Source of the DNA: a virus
Strand: one strand, 5' to 3'
Virus record (IMG/VR): IMGVR_UViG_3300045988_180412
Span: 1 to 64,000 of that record
DNA length: 64,000 nucleotides
The position numbers were made by a program, and so were the translations under genes. This document shows, piece after piece, positions 18,982-29,132 of the stretch (positions are counted from its first letter, which is position 1; the number at the start of each line of letters is the position of its first letter). Below the pieces are notes generated by a model, which was given only the letters and a program-made list of their open reading frames with translations, was not told where the DNA came from and searched no databases.

Positions 18982-19457
18982 TGCTCTTGTGCCTTATCCT
19001 TATATGGTGTATACTTCAATGCCACTTTCTGCGGCGGTTGACGACGCACACATTCTTCTCGGCTTGTTCCGAACTCGCGCTGACAATGCCACATCTTGTA
19101 AAAGTCTCGCTCTTGCTTTAATTCGCCTATCTCGTTGGCGTCTTTCAAGCGCTCGTTCTGTAACGTGTTCATGGCTTCTTGCAGCTTGCGGATGGCCTGT
19201 GTCTTGTCCTCGATAATATCTTCTTTGCGTGCGGCAAGTTTTATCTGTGCTTCAAGCTGCGCATTGAGTATGTCTATACTCTTGTGCGTGGCTTCTATGC
19301 GCTTTTCGTACAAGTCCCATTGGACGGCATCGGCCTCGGCATTGGCTTTGTCGGCCTCGGCGTCTTTGATGCGTTTGTTCGCTCCGCGATATAACATCCA
19401 ACTCAATAGTGTTGAACATCCTAAAATCGCACTTAATATACCTAAAATCGTTTCCAT
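18978..19457 (-). CDS. N-terminal TM plus coiled-coil protein (i-spanin-like architecture)
   Basis: 159 aa. METILGILSAILGCSTLLSWMLY, then a long heptad-like helix. Confidence 0.5.
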   Translation of the reverse strand: METILGILSAILGCSTLLSWMLYRGANKRIKDAEADKANAEADAVQWDLYEKRIEATHKSIDILNAQLEAQIKLAARKEDIIEDKTQAIRKLQEAMNTLQNERLKDANEIGELKQERDFYKMWHCQREFGTSREECVRRQPPQKVALKYTPYKDKAQEQ

Positions 19458-19461
19458 TCAG

Positions 19462-19935
19462 CTATCTTGTATCGCGGTCAATCCGTTTGTAAGTCGCGTA
19501 CTCGCCGTCATCGGCCTCGACTCGCGCATCATAAATATACAACGGTACACATATCGGATTGCCGATATTGCGCCGCTGGTCGCATTTTACTCTCATTTTA
19601 CTGCCGTTGCCGAAGTATAGCATCGGTATCACGCATTTATCATAGTCCATGGCTACTCGTACCCAACCTTTGCAGTTGTGAAATACGTAAACATCGCCGC
19701 TTAGCGTCTCGCCGCGAAAGGTCTTGCCTACATATATGCCGCTGTCTCCGCAGTCCGAAAAGTATTCTTCTATGACCGAAAGGTCGGGATAGTGGTGTTC
19801 TAAACACCAGTCAACCATGACTTTATAATACTCTAACAGCGCATTGCGGTCTAAGCTGCCGAGACGCCCGTAACCGTCGACACACACTCCGCGCTCTCTC
19901 GCTTGGCGTATCAATATGTCTCTCAATTCGCTCAT
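19462..19935 (-). CDS. hypothetical soluble protein
   Basis: 157-aa ORF between two membrane-protein genes. Confidence 0.55.
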   Translation of the reverse strand: MSELRDILIRQARERGVCVDGYGRLGSLDRNALLEYYKVMVDWCLEHHYPDLSVIEEYFSDCGDSGIYVGKTFRGETLSGDVYVFHNCKGWVRVAMDYDKCVIPMLYFGNGSKMRVKCDQRRNIGNPICVPLYIYDARVEADDGEYATYKRIDRDTR

Positions 19936-20366
19936 TTCTTGAATTTTTTAACAAGCCACCAAACTGCCGCACATAGTAATACAAAGGATACGCCCATAGC
20001 TATTCCGCCGACATCCATCTTGGCTTTCTCCCATCGGCTTAGCTTGCGCTCGACAGGCACAATCTTGCTTATGGTGTCGGTCTTTATGCTTATAAGGGTG
20101 TCTGTCTGATGTACTACCTTGATGCGCTCTTTCTCGCGATAGTCTATTATGGTATCACCCTTGACGTACACAAAACGAGTGTTGTTTACCGTGTCTGTAT
20201 GCAATTCTTTGACTATGCGGTCTTTGTACTCGGTGCGAACACTCTCGACAGGCACGTATTCTATCTTTGTCTTGCATCCCGACAGCAACGCCGCAAGCCC
20301 GGCAATGGCTAAGGCGTACACTGCCGTAAGTAGCAAACATCCTATTCTCGCAAATCTATCTTTCAT
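19932..20366 (-). CDS. lipoprotein with C-terminal transmembrane helix (unimolecular-spanin-like topology)
   Basis: 144 aa. Signal peptide plus lipobox LLSGC. C-terminal GIAMGVSFVLLCAAVWWLVKKFKK. Overlaps the amidase stop. Confidence 0.55.
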   Translation of the reverse strand: MKDRFARIGCLLLTAVYALAIAGLAALLSGCKTKIEYVPVESVRTEYKDRIVKELHTDTVNNTRFVYVKGDTIIDYREKERIKVVHQTDTLISIKTDTISKIVPVERKLSRWEKAKMDVGGIAMGVSFVLLCAAVWWLVKKFKK

Positions 20367-20791
20367 AGGTCTTTATATTCGGTTTTTGCATCAAAACTCG
20401 GGCAGGCTTTGTTCGCAAAGTCACGGTGCCCGTATATCTTGGCTTGGGGGTATTTCCGCCGCAGTTGCTTCAAAAGCGTCAGCAACGCGGCTTTTTGCTG
20501 CGGCGTGCGATTGTCAACGGGCGGCAACCCTTTTTTACTTGTGTCAACGCCGCCTACGTAGCATACGTTTATGGCGCGTTGGTTCTGCCCGTAACAGCCG
20601 TTGCTCACTTGTGCCTCGTCTACGGTGTTTACTGTTTTGCCATCGGCTTCAATAATGTAATGATACCCCGCAACGCGCCAGCCGCGTCCGCCAAGGCTTA
20701 CGGGACGCAGGTGGTAAGCCACTATGTCCCGAGCCTTGGCGGATTGACCGCTTGCGCTGCAATGCACGATAATCTTGTCTATGCTTCGCAT
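20363..20791 (-). CDS. N-acetylmuramoyl-L-alanine amidase (Amidase_2 / T7-lysozyme/PGRP fold)
   Basis: 142 aa. IIVHCSAS, GYHYII, HRDF..KACPSF zinc/catalytic pattern. Confidence 0.9.
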   Translation of the reverse strand: MRSIDKIIVHCSASGQSAKARDIVAYHLRPVSLGGRGWRVAGYHYIIEADGKTVNTVDEAQVSNGCYGQNQRAINVCYVGGVDTSKKGLPPVDNRTPQQKAALLTLLKQLRRKYPQAKIYGHRDFANKACPSFDAKTEYKDL

Positions 20792-20854
20792 TTGCTTATA
20801 ACCGTTTTAGTGTGTTTTTCCTTTCGCAAAGTTAATGATTATCAACGGCATTTC

Positions 20855-23800
20855 CTAATTACGCAGGTAGACGTTTACGCCGTGGGTGCTTGTCGTCCCC
20901 TTGGGACTGATTACGCGGTTTAAGGCGTTTATGGCTTCCTGCATCTTTTGTACGGTCATCGCGGTGTTGGCCTCGATATTGGGCAAACAGGCTAAGTGTT
21001 GCTGTACAAGACTGTCGGCATCTACCGTGCCGCCGCTTAGCGTTTGTGTCGCACTTGTCGTGCCTGCAACCTGCGCCCTTATCGCGGCCACATTCTCGGC
21101 TATCAACGGTATCGGGCTGAAATAGTAGAAAGCGGTATTTATCGCCGCAGTCAACGCGTTGATTTCTTCGCTCGTGGCACTCGCTACACTCTTGGCTATG
21201 CCGGTACTCTTGCTGTCGGTGTCGCCTATCAATTCTTTTAGGTCGTATCCTCGCGCTTCTAAGGCTCGCCACAACGTCTCCATGGCACTATTGGCTTGAT
21301 TGGTAAACGCATCAAGGTTGTTGGCTAAGTAGTCCACGGCTTTCATCGTGTCGTTGGGATTGCTTTCAAGCAACGATTGTACTTGCTTCCACATCGGCGC
21401 AAGTATGGAGTCTATCAACTTGGCGGCCGCACCCTCGATTACCATGCTCTTTATCATCTCTTTGTATTTGCTCTTGATGGCATCGGTGGTACTCGCAAAT
21501 GTGGATTTGGCCTCTAACCAGCTTTGAGCAAATTCTTTGGCGGCACTCGACCTGTCTGTACCCAACATGCGCGAAGTCATGTCGTCTTGCAATTCACGTA
21601 TCTTGTCTGCCGTCTCTCGCGCACTGTTCAAATAGCCCTCGTAGGCCTCTTTGTCTTTCTTCTTGCCTTTGCTCGCTTCGGCTTCGGCTTGTTTGAGATA
21701 GGCGGCTTGCTGGGCTTTCAGATTGGCCATTTGGGTGTTATAGTTGCTGATATAGTCGCGCCCGAATAGTTTGTCGGCGGCATCGTTCAGCCTGTCATAC
21801 GCGTATTGCAACTGCTCTAACAGGTTCTTTTGACGCTTGATTTCTTTGTTGGCTCGCCGTATCCTGCCTGCATTGAAGATGCTGCTAAACCCGACTATCA
21901 GCTTGGGTATCGCGCTTACGGCACTCTTAACAATGCCTAAGACATTGCCCGAGGCTACGGATTTTATTATATCGTCTACCGCACCGCCTACTTGGTCTAA
22001 GCCGTCGGCTATGTCGTTCCAAAATTGCACATCTTCTTCGCTGCCGCCTAATGCGCCGATAGCGTCGGCTATGCCGTGTGCAACCATACCCATGTCCTTA
22101 ATGAACTCGCCCGCCGCTTCACTCGCCAAACTTAACCAATCGCTTAAACGCTTCCAGCTTAGTACCGCTTCTTGGGCTTCGTCTCGCGATTTCGTGGCGG
22201 CATCATACGTCCTTTTGGCGGTTTCTTGTTGCGCGGTCGTGCCTTTTTCCATAGCAAAGTCTAAGGAGACTTTCGCCGCTCCTAAAAGCGTCTCGGCGTT
22301 CTTTAATTTTTCTTCGGCCTCGTCTCGACTCTTGCTCCCAAGTGTATCTCCGTATTTCTTCATGTTGCGATATTGTTTTATCGCATCGCCCAAGGCCTTA
22401 AAGGGATTGCTCTTGGCCAACTGCTTGGAAATCTCGTTTAAGCGCTTCTGCAATTCTTTTAATTCTGTCGGATTTAGACTCTTTCCCCACTGGGATTTCA
22501 GTTGCATCAAACCGCTGCGCATTCGTTTCAGCATCTCGGTGCTTGCATGGTCTAAGTCCTCAAACATCGCTACGTAATACGGCATATCCTTAAAGGCTTC
22601 CCATTCAATCTTGGCTTGCTCGGTCTGTTCGCGTCGCTTATACCCCGACGTCAGCATCTCCGCCTCTTTCTTGGGTATATTGCCTGCTGCCGCCAGCTTT
22701 TCTATCTCGGCTATCTTGGCCGCAGTCTCGCGTGCGAGTTTCACACGCTTGTCGGCATAGGTCTCGGCTACTTTGAGGTCTTTGAGGTATCCCTGATAGG
22801 TGTTGGCCAAACGCTTCTGCCCGTCATCGGCTATCTTTTTCAACTTGTCATACATCTCGCCGAGTTCTTCTTTGTTTTCTTCGGCAAATTTGCGCAACTC
22901 CTTGAAATTCACGATGTTATCGGCATTGATTATCCCTTTGGGCAGCTTGACGGCCTCGACACTGCCCACTATCTGACGTATTTCATCGGCCATAAGCGCT
23001 TGCAAATCTGACCCCGTGCCGCCGAATATCGACTTGGCTATATCCTCGGCTCGCGCCCTGCTGCCCGTCAGGTCAAAGATCTTGTCGTAAAATTCCTGCA
23101 TCTCTTTGCTGCGGCTTACGCTGTCGGCTACCTCTTTGAGCTGTTCTTCTACCTGTTTGGCCAACAGTTCAAGGTTCAGATTGTCCCACTTCAATTGCAG
23201 TTCAAGCGCCGCTTTCTTGGCACCCTTCTGTTTGAGGTTGTCTATTATCTTGATAATCTTTTGGCTGACTTTTTCAAGCTCTTTAATGTCGAGAATATCG
23301 GACATCTTAAACGACAAACCGAAGCGCTTGCCAAGGTCGTTAAGACGCTTCAACGTCCCCTCGTACATCTGTTCTATATGCTTCGTTGCCGCCGTTTTAC
23401 CCTCTTTTTTGACCAGCGCCTCGTATTTTTTGTAAATCTCTATGCGCTTGTCGTATATCTCTCGCAACTCCTGCAAGGTGGTATCGCTCTTGCGCCCCTT
23501 ATTAGTCTTGGTGTCATCAGGCAAGTACGTGCGCTCGAATTTGGCCTGCTCTTTAAGCGCCTTGACAAGTTCTTGTGTGTCGGCTATCTTTTGCGCATAC
23601 ATCTGCTGCGCAAGCCATCCGCCAACTTGTACGGCTCGCGACCATCGCTTGATGTCTGCCTCGTACCCCGCTACGGCTTCATCTAACGCCTTGACATGCT
23701 CTTTAAGATTGTTGTTGCCGTCCCATAGATATTGTTTCAGCCTGCCAAAGGCCTTGCCTACAATACCGGTGTTCTCGGCCGTTACTATCAAGTGCTGCTG

Positions 23801-26554
23801 TATCTGTCGCACGGCAGGGTCGGTTGACGCTATGGTCTCTTGCAACTCTTTCATCGAGTTCCCTGCGGCTATCAGCTTAGGCGAACCCTCGGCAAAGGCT
23901 CTCTTTACTTCTCCCCAGTTTATCAGCGAAAATTCGGTCTTATGCTCGTCCGCCCACGAGGCCGCCGCCGTAAAGTATTCTTTGGGCAGATTTATGCCTT
24001 CTCGCGCCGCCATAGCCGCAAGGTTGTTATACATCACCTGCAACTGCGCATTTATCTGCTCTACATATTTGGCATACTCGCCTTGGACTTTGGTCGGGTC
24101 ATAAATTACGTTGCTGACGCTGAATACCGTATTATCCGCGCCTAACAGCCCGGCTTCTGCATTGGCGTTAATCATCTCGGGATACGACCAATCGCCGTTT
24201 GCAATAGCCTCCTGTATGCGGTCTATCGCCGCCGCATACTCGTTGAGGCTGTCTACGGCATTTTTGTATTTCGTGTCATTATCTGCCAAAGACTCATTTT
24301 GCGCTTTGATTGTGGCGTTGTACTCCCCGGCAGCATCGATAATTTCCATAAATCTTGTCAAAGCACCCTTAGTTCCCGAACCTCCGGCAAGCCAAAAAAA
24401 TTCTTTTGATTTATAACCATACTGGGTCATCAACGTCAGTATGCCGTTGAGTACTTCCTTATATCGCTCCGCCTCTTTTACATCACCGTCGGATAGCACA
24501 ATATTGGATATATTTCCTTCTTTATCAAACTTAAAGTCCTTTATCTTAGACCAATCTATATCCCATTTTCCTGCATTGATAAGGTCGGTAATATATTCCC
24601 TTATGGCTTCAACTCCGCGCACGGTCAACTCGCCGCGTTCCTCGAAGTCGTTGATTTGGTTAAGCAATTCTTCGCTCTGCGTTTTAAGTCGCTGACCATA
24701 AGCCTCTTTAATCGCCGCTTCTTTCTCGCTGTGCTTCTGCTTTTCGTTGTACGCCTCTACCATCTGGGTCAGCGAAGCATACTCGCCGTTCAGCTCGCGC
24801 AGTTTTTCTATTTGGAGGTTTTGACTGTCTACGATGTTTCCGTAGGTGCGGTTTAATTCGTCAAGGGCGTCTTTCTGCTTCTTACTGCCGTCCACGGCGT
24901 GTACCGCTTCGTCCGCCAGTTTCTTGAAGTTGCTTCTGTCAAACGTGTTCTTGTCGGCATACGTTGTTTCTATTTCCGCAAACTTGGCTTGCAGCTTGTC
25001 TACCGCATCCGCCGCTTTACTGAATATCTCTATCAACGCGGTTATCGCCAATACCGCCCATCCTAATGGATTACTCAAAAACGCCGCTTTGAGCTTATAT
25101 AAACTCTTGGTAAAGAGATTGGTCGCCTGCGTTGCTCGCAACTGCGCCACCGCTATCCCCATCTGCTGCTTGTTGTAAAAACGTGCCATCCGCCCCGCTT
25201 TTTCCATCGACTCGGCTTCTCGCTGCAATGCCGTAACTCTCTGCGTGGCTCTTATCAGCTGCTCTTTACCGGCCACTGTAAACAACAATGCCGAAGCTCG
25301 CGCACTCATCGCCGCAACCTTGAATATTCCAAAGGCTATCGCAACGTTCCTTATCGAACCGGCCACACTTTCCCAGTTGCGCATCAGATTGGTAACGGTC
25401 TTAATCAACCCTTTCATCAGGTCATTGACCCAACCCGTGCGCCCTATCTCGTCATACATCATCGAAGCGGCATCACCTAATTTAGCCCATAAGCCGTATA
25501 GGGTATTGCCCTGCTTTATCTGCATGTCGTAGAAGATGCCGCCTTTATTGGTCATGTCCTCAAACACTTCTTTGACCATGTCAAACGAAATCTGACGCTT
25601 ACTTATCATATCCATTACATCGGACGCCTTGACAAGTTCACCGTTGGCGGCACTTAATTTCTTCGCAAGTTCCTCAACCAACGGTATGCCCGCTTCTGTT
25701 GCCTGCCTTACTTCGCTCGCGCGTAGATAGCCCGTGGTTCGCACTTGTCCGTACAACAACACTATTCTGTCCATGCTTACGCCAAGGCCGACAGATACGT
25801 CAGTCAAGCGTTTGGTGGTGTCGAAAAGGTCGTCTATGCCTATCTTGTACGCCGCAAGCTGCTTGGTGTACTTGGTCAAGTCAAGCACACTCACGGGCGA
25901 TTGCAACGCAAAGCTCTTTATCTCGGCAAACAACGCATTCGCCCTCGTTTGGTCTTGAATTATAGCCCCTAACGATATGCGCTGCAACTCAAATTCTGCC
26001 GTAACCTCGCGTATCTTAGAGATAAAGTTGAATACCGAACTTACGGAGTAGTATACGGCCAGACGCTTTATCAAACGCGATAAGTAGGTTTCTTGCTTGT
26101 GCATCGCACCGTTGACACCGTTCCAGCCTTTGGCGGCTCGTTCAAGCTCTTTCGCCTCGTTCTTTTGCTTGGTATCCGCAGCCTGCTGTACTTGCCGCAA
26201 GGTTTGCGCATAGGTGCGCAGTATCGCCTGCAAACGAGCGTATTCTTCTTTGAGCGCCTTGGCTCTGTCTGTCAACTCGCCGGTCGATTTATTCTGTATG
26301 CGTTCTGCCTCGCCCAGTCCGTTCCATTCTTTTTCAAGTTGTCTGATACGCTGATTTATCGCATCGATAGAGCCTGCCGCCGCTTTTATCCCTCCCGTCA
26401 TGGCCGCACTGCCTTTGGCGTCTATGGTGATGGCCAACGGTCGGGCGTCTATCATCAACTTCATGCGGTCGAGGAATTTCTTGGCATCGGCTTCCGCACG
26501 TTTCGCCCCCTCGTCAAGGTCGAAGTTTATGCCGAATTTTAGATTATTGTCCAT
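20855..26554 (-). CDS. tape measure protein
   Basis: 1899-aa helical, coiled-coil-rich ORF directly downstream of the chaperone frameshift pair. Confidence 0.85.
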   Translation of the reverse strand: MDNNLKFGINFDLDEGAKRAEADAKKFLDRMKLMIDARPLAITIDAKGSAAMTGGIKAAAGSIDAINQRIRQLEKEWNGLGEAERIQNKSTGELTDRAKALKEEYARLQAILRTYAQTLRQVQQAADTKQKNEAKELERAAKGWNGVNGAMHKQETYLSRLIKRLAVYYSVSSVFNFISKIREVTAEFELQRISLGAIIQDQTRANALFAEIKSFALQSPVSVLDLTKYTKQLAAYKIGIDDLFDTTKRLTDVSVGLGVSMDRIVLLYGQVRTTGYLRASEVRQATEAGIPLVEELAKKLSAANGELVKASDVMDMISKRQISFDMVKEVFEDMTNKGGIFYDMQIKQGNTLYGLWAKLGDAASMMYDEIGRTGWVNDLMKGLIKTVTNLMRNWESVAGSIRNVAIAFGIFKVAAMSARASALLFTVAGKEQLIRATQRVTALQREAESMEKAGRMARFYNKQQMGIAVAQLRATQATNLFTKSLYKLKAAFLSNPLGWAVLAITALIEIFSKAADAVDKLQAKFAEIETTYADKNTFDRSNFKKLADEAVHAVDGSKKQKDALDELNRTYGNIVDSQNLQIEKLRELNGEYASLTQMVEAYNEKQKHSEKEAAIKEAYGQRLKTQSEELLNQINDFEERGELTVRGVEAIREYITDLINAGKWDIDWSKIKDFKFDKEGNISNIVLSDGDVKEAERYKEVLNGILTLMTQYGYKSKEFFWLAGGSGTKGALTRFMEIIDAAGEYNATIKAQNESLADNDTKYKNAVDSLNEYAAAIDRIQEAIANGDWSYPEMINANAEAGLLGADNTVFSVSNVIYDPTKVQGEYAKYVEQINAQLQVMYNNLAAMAAREGINLPKEYFTAAASWADEHKTEFSLINWGEVKRAFAEGSPKLIAAGNSMKELQETIASTDPAVRQIQQHLIVTAENTGIVGKAFGRLKQYLWDGNNNLKEHVKALDEAVAGYEADIKRWSRAVQVGGWLAQQMYAQKIADTQELVKALKEQAKFERTYLPDDTKTNKGRKSDTTLQELREIYDKRIEIYKKYEALVKKEGKTAATKHIEQMYEGTLKRLNDLGKRFGLSFKMSDILDIKELEKVSQKIIKIIDNLKQKGAKKAALELQLKWDNLNLELLAKQVEEQLKEVADSVSRSKEMQEFYDKIFDLTGSRARAEDIAKSIFGGTGSDLQALMADEIRQIVGSVEAVKLPKGIINADNIVNFKELRKFAEENKEELGEMYDKLKKIADDGQKRLANTYQGYLKDLKVAETYADKRVKLARETAAKIAEIEKLAAAGNIPKKEAEMLTSGYKRREQTEQAKIEWEAFKDMPYYVAMFEDLDHASTEMLKRMRSGLMQLKSQWGKSLNPTELKELQKRLNEISKQLAKSNPFKALGDAIKQYRNMKKYGDTLGSKSRDEAEEKLKNAETLLGAAKVSLDFAMEKGTTAQQETAKRTYDAATKSRDEAQEAVLSWKRLSDWLSLASEAAGEFIKDMGMVAHGIADAIGALGGSEEDVQFWNDIADGLDQVGGAVDDIIKSVASGNVLGIVKSAVSAIPKLIVGFSSIFNAGRIRRANKEIKRQKNLLEQLQYAYDRLNDAADKLFGRDYISNYNTQMANLKAQQAAYLKQAEAEASKGKKKDKEAYEGYLNSARETADKIRELQDDMTSRMLGTDRSSAAKEFAQSWLEAKSTFASTTDAIKSKYKEMIKSMVIEGAAAKLIDSILAPMWKQVQSLLESNPNDTMKAVDYLANNLDAFTNQANSAMETLWRALEARGYDLKELIGDTDSKSTGIAKSVASATSEEINALTAAINTAFYYFSPIPLIAENVAAIRAQVAGTTSATQTLSGGTVDADSLVQQHLACLPNIEANTAMTVQKMQEAINALNRVISPKGTTSTHGVNVYLRN

Positions 26555-26929
26555 TGCATTTCTTTTTGTCGTTCTGTAATTTTCGCATTGCTGCCGCTTG
26601 TACGCTTTCTACACACGAGGTTACGCCATTACCGCTTTCGTCTTTTAAGGTCTTGACTTTGCCCCAACCAAAGCGAGCGAAGATGTCCTGCATTGCCGCC
26701 TTTTCTCGCGGCGGACGTATTTCTTCTTGCTCTTTTCCCTCAACCTCGGCATAGTCGTAATCGTAGTATCCCTTGTCCATAAGCATCAACAACGTCTTAT
26801 CGGAATTGTCTAAATACCAATACCTTAGCCACGACCAAAATCCGTAATTGCCGTACAGCGCTTTAATGCGCTCGTCTGTCTCGCTTACCGAAAAGGCACT
26901 GCCTACTTGCTGTCCTCCTCCTTTTTCGG
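26544..26929 (-). CDS. -1 frame extension giving a G-T-like fusion chaperone (27460 -> 26544)
   Basis: The -1 frame is open from the CCG AAA AAG site (26920-26929) to 26544. It encodes a protein-like sequence (...YGNYGFWSWLRYWYLDNSDK...) and ends overlapping the tape-measure start. Confidence 0.6.
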
Positions 26930-27460
26930 CAAAGCGTCCTCGTCCAACATATTTTCCGCACTCTCCTTTCTTTCGAGCCATTGCTTTGCGACGTCGCCAA
27001 CCTGCTTCATAGAGAGCGCGAGTAGATAGCTTATAACTTCCAAGTTGGCGGTAAAAAAAGACTCTTCTTCGCGCTGCAAGGTCTTGTTTATGTTGATGGT
27101 CATACTCAATTCCTCGCTCGCAAACCACAAACGCCGCCACATATACGCGGTCGCAAACGGTATCCAACAACGCCGAAACCCGAGTATATACCGCGCCGCT
27201 ATCTTCGCAGGTATCTGCCGAAATCGTTTGTATAAGCGCTTCTGCTTGCGCTCGCTCAACCCCTCGCGCTTCTGCTCGGCCTGTATCTGTCGTGCCTCTT
27301 GGGCATACTCGCCTATCTTCGCAGCCTGCGCATTGCTTATGCGCCGCAATTTCCATCTCTTGCCGCCTATCTCTATCTCGGTGGGACGCCCTTTTATAAT
27401 GTCGTTGGCCGTGCCAACCATTGCAGCTTCGTCTATCTGCGGTGTCTGTTCTTGCTTCAT
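26903..27460 (-). CDS. tail assembly chaperone (gpG-like, zero-frame product)
   Basis: 185-aa ORF between the tail tube gene and the tape measure. Ends ...LPKKEEDSK*. Confidence 0.7.
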   Translation of the reverse strand: MKQEQTPQIDEAAMVGTANDIIKGRPTEIEIGGKRWKLRRISNAQAAKIGEYAQEARQIQAEQKREGLSERKQKRLYKRFRQIPAKIAARYILGFRRCWIPFATAYMWRRLWFASEELSMTININKTLQREEESFFTANLEVISYLLALSMKQVGDVAKQWLERKESAENMLDEDALPKKEEDSK

Positions 27461-27551
27461 GTCTTTTTGTGTGGTTTATAAAAACGGCGTGGACGGCGGC
27501 TTGTCTTGCCGTACCGCCCACGCCCGTATGTCGATGTCTTACGCTGTCTGC

Positions 27552-28133
27552 TTAGGAGGCGTAAACGGGTGTGCCGTCGCCAAGCATAAATGTTCCCAAC
27601 TCGGCGGTGTCGATAAATTCGGCGGTAACGGTGAGCTTGATGCGCACGAGCTTATCTTCCATCGAAAGGTTGGAGAGTATACGCGCCTTGGGAAACAGAA
27701 TGTACCTGTTGGCCTCGTCATTGAATATGGCTATGGGACGCGTAATTACGGGTATTGCCGTACCGGCCTTGATGAGATTGGTGATATTGCTGATGCTCAC
27801 GGGTGTCCCGGCAGGCGTTACGGCTACGCCGCGCAGAAACAGTACGGCGTTCTCTTTGCTCACGGAGGCCATCTCGCACGAGAAACCGAAGGTTCCCGCA
27901 GTGGATTTGGCCACAATAACATTGCCCTGCTCGTCTACGGTGTTGTCGAAGGTCGCATCTTCGCCCTCCCACGAGGTGGAGTCGCCTACAACCTGTCCGA
28001 GGCTCACACCTGACGAAACTATGTTGGCAAGAGTGGTAGTACTCGAATAACCGCTGGTCGGCGCATCAAATACCACGATGTCGCTTTGGCCGTTAAAAAT
28101 CTTGGTTACATCGGCCTTTGTAATCTTTGGCAT
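27552..28133 (-). CDS. major tail (tube) protein
   Basis: 193-aa ORF immediately upstream of the chaperone pair. Called by synteny. Confidence 0.65.
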   Translation of the reverse strand: MPKITKADVTKIFNGQSDIVVFDAPTSGYSSTTTLANIVSSGVSLGQVVGDSTSWEGEDATFDNTVDEQGNVIVAKSTAGTFGFSCEMASVSKENAVLFLRGVAVTPAGTPVSISNITNLIKAGTAIPVITRPIAIFNDEANRYILFPKARILSNLSMEDKLVRIKLTVTAEFIDTAELGTFMLGDGTPVYAS

Positions 28134-28146
28134 TGTTTATTCTGTA

Positions 28147-28614
28147 TTAGATGGTTCTACTTTTATTGTTGTGTATCTCGTCTGTGGTATGCCACGATAT
28201 GTTCAATACCATTGTCGCATAGCCGCTCGTAAGGTTGACCGTGGGCTGAACTATCGGATTCAAGAGGTCTATCTCATAGTAATATCCGCCGATAACTCTG
28301 CGGTCGATATGACTCGCCGATTGCTCGGCTAATAACGCAAGACGCTTGCGCCGCGCTATTACGCCGCTGACAGCCTTGCTGTTGATGCTCAACGCAAGAT
28401 TGCCGCGCATCACGCCTATGGGATAGGTCTTGCTCTGAATGACTCCGTTGTAACTCACCGTCATAAATTCATCGCCTAAACCGGTTTGGGGCTGCTCGCC
28501 TTGCGCATATACACGCACACCGCGCTTGGGTGAGGTTGCCGATGTCTGAACAAACAGTCTGTCGTCCATCCATTCGGCAAGTACTTTGTCGGGGTTTAAT
28601 TCGGTAATCTTCAT
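28147..28614 (-). CDS. tail terminator / tail completion protein (by position)
   Basis: 155-aa ORF in the neck module. Confidence 0.5.
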   Translation of the reverse strand: MKITELNPDKVLAEWMDDRLFVQTSATSPKRGVRVYAQGEQPQTGLGDEFMTVSYNGVIQSKTYPIGVMRGNLALSINSKAVSGVIARRKRLALLAEQSASHIDRRVIGGYYYEIDLLNPIVQPTVNLTSGYATMVLNISWHTTDEIHNNKSRTI

Positions 28615-29132
28615 ACTATCGGAGCTATCGGCGCTAAACCTGTCATCACTTCGTTAAACAGCACATTCTCCAAATTGCGGAAATATCCCGCACCGCGCCC
28701 TATCTTCGACCCCATGGTCTCGATGTAATAGGCGTAGGGTACGGTGCTGAATAATACTATCCATATGCCACGAGAGTATGTGCCTGCGGCATCACTCAAT
28801 GCGGTCTGCAACAACGTTGTACCGTCTATGCCGGTCTTGGGCGAACCTAAACCGGTGCGTGCTTTCTTGGTGGCTCGCTTGGTCGGAATGTAGGTCTTCA
28901 TTACGCCGCTCTCAAATACCCCGACTCCCGTGGCATCGTGCAAGTTGGCGGTGTCTACGGGAAATTGGGTAGTGCCGTCGGGCATCACAAAGCCGTTGTC
29001 GATATACTGCACCATACGCTGCGCAACAGCGTTGCACATCGCGATAATTCGCGGACGAACAACCCTGCGAAGAAATTCTTCTATCCCCACGCGGATAACC
29101 ATCTCGTTGTTATGTGCATATGATACCGCCAT
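28611..29132 (-). CDS. neck / head-tail joining protein (by position)
   Basis: 173-aa ORF with 4-nt overlaps. Confidence 0.5.
   Translation of the reverse strand: MAVSYAHNNEMVIRVGIEEFLRRVVRPRIIAMCNAVAQRMVQYIDNGFVMPDGTTQFPVDTANLHDATGVGVFESGVMKTYIPTKRATKKARTGLGSPKTGIDGTTLLQTALSDAAGTYSRGIWIVLFSTVPYAYYIETMGSKIGRGAGYFRNLENVLFNEVMTGLAPIAPIV

Noticed and set aside
21837-24104. Long plus-strand ORFs (e.g. 21837-22577, 23442-24104, 23195-23686) inside the tape-measure gene
   Set aside because: They are antisense to a continuous 1899-aa ORF. Their products are low-complexity and Ser/Leu/Cys-rich, typical of shadow ORFs.
26930-27521. N-terminal two-thirds of the 325-aa ORF 26544-27521
   Set aside because: This part is Arg/His/Cys-rich, looks non-coding, and overlaps the well-behaved 185-aa chaperone ORF. 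Only the part downstream of the slippery site looks coding, which fits a -1 frameshift product rather than an independent gene.
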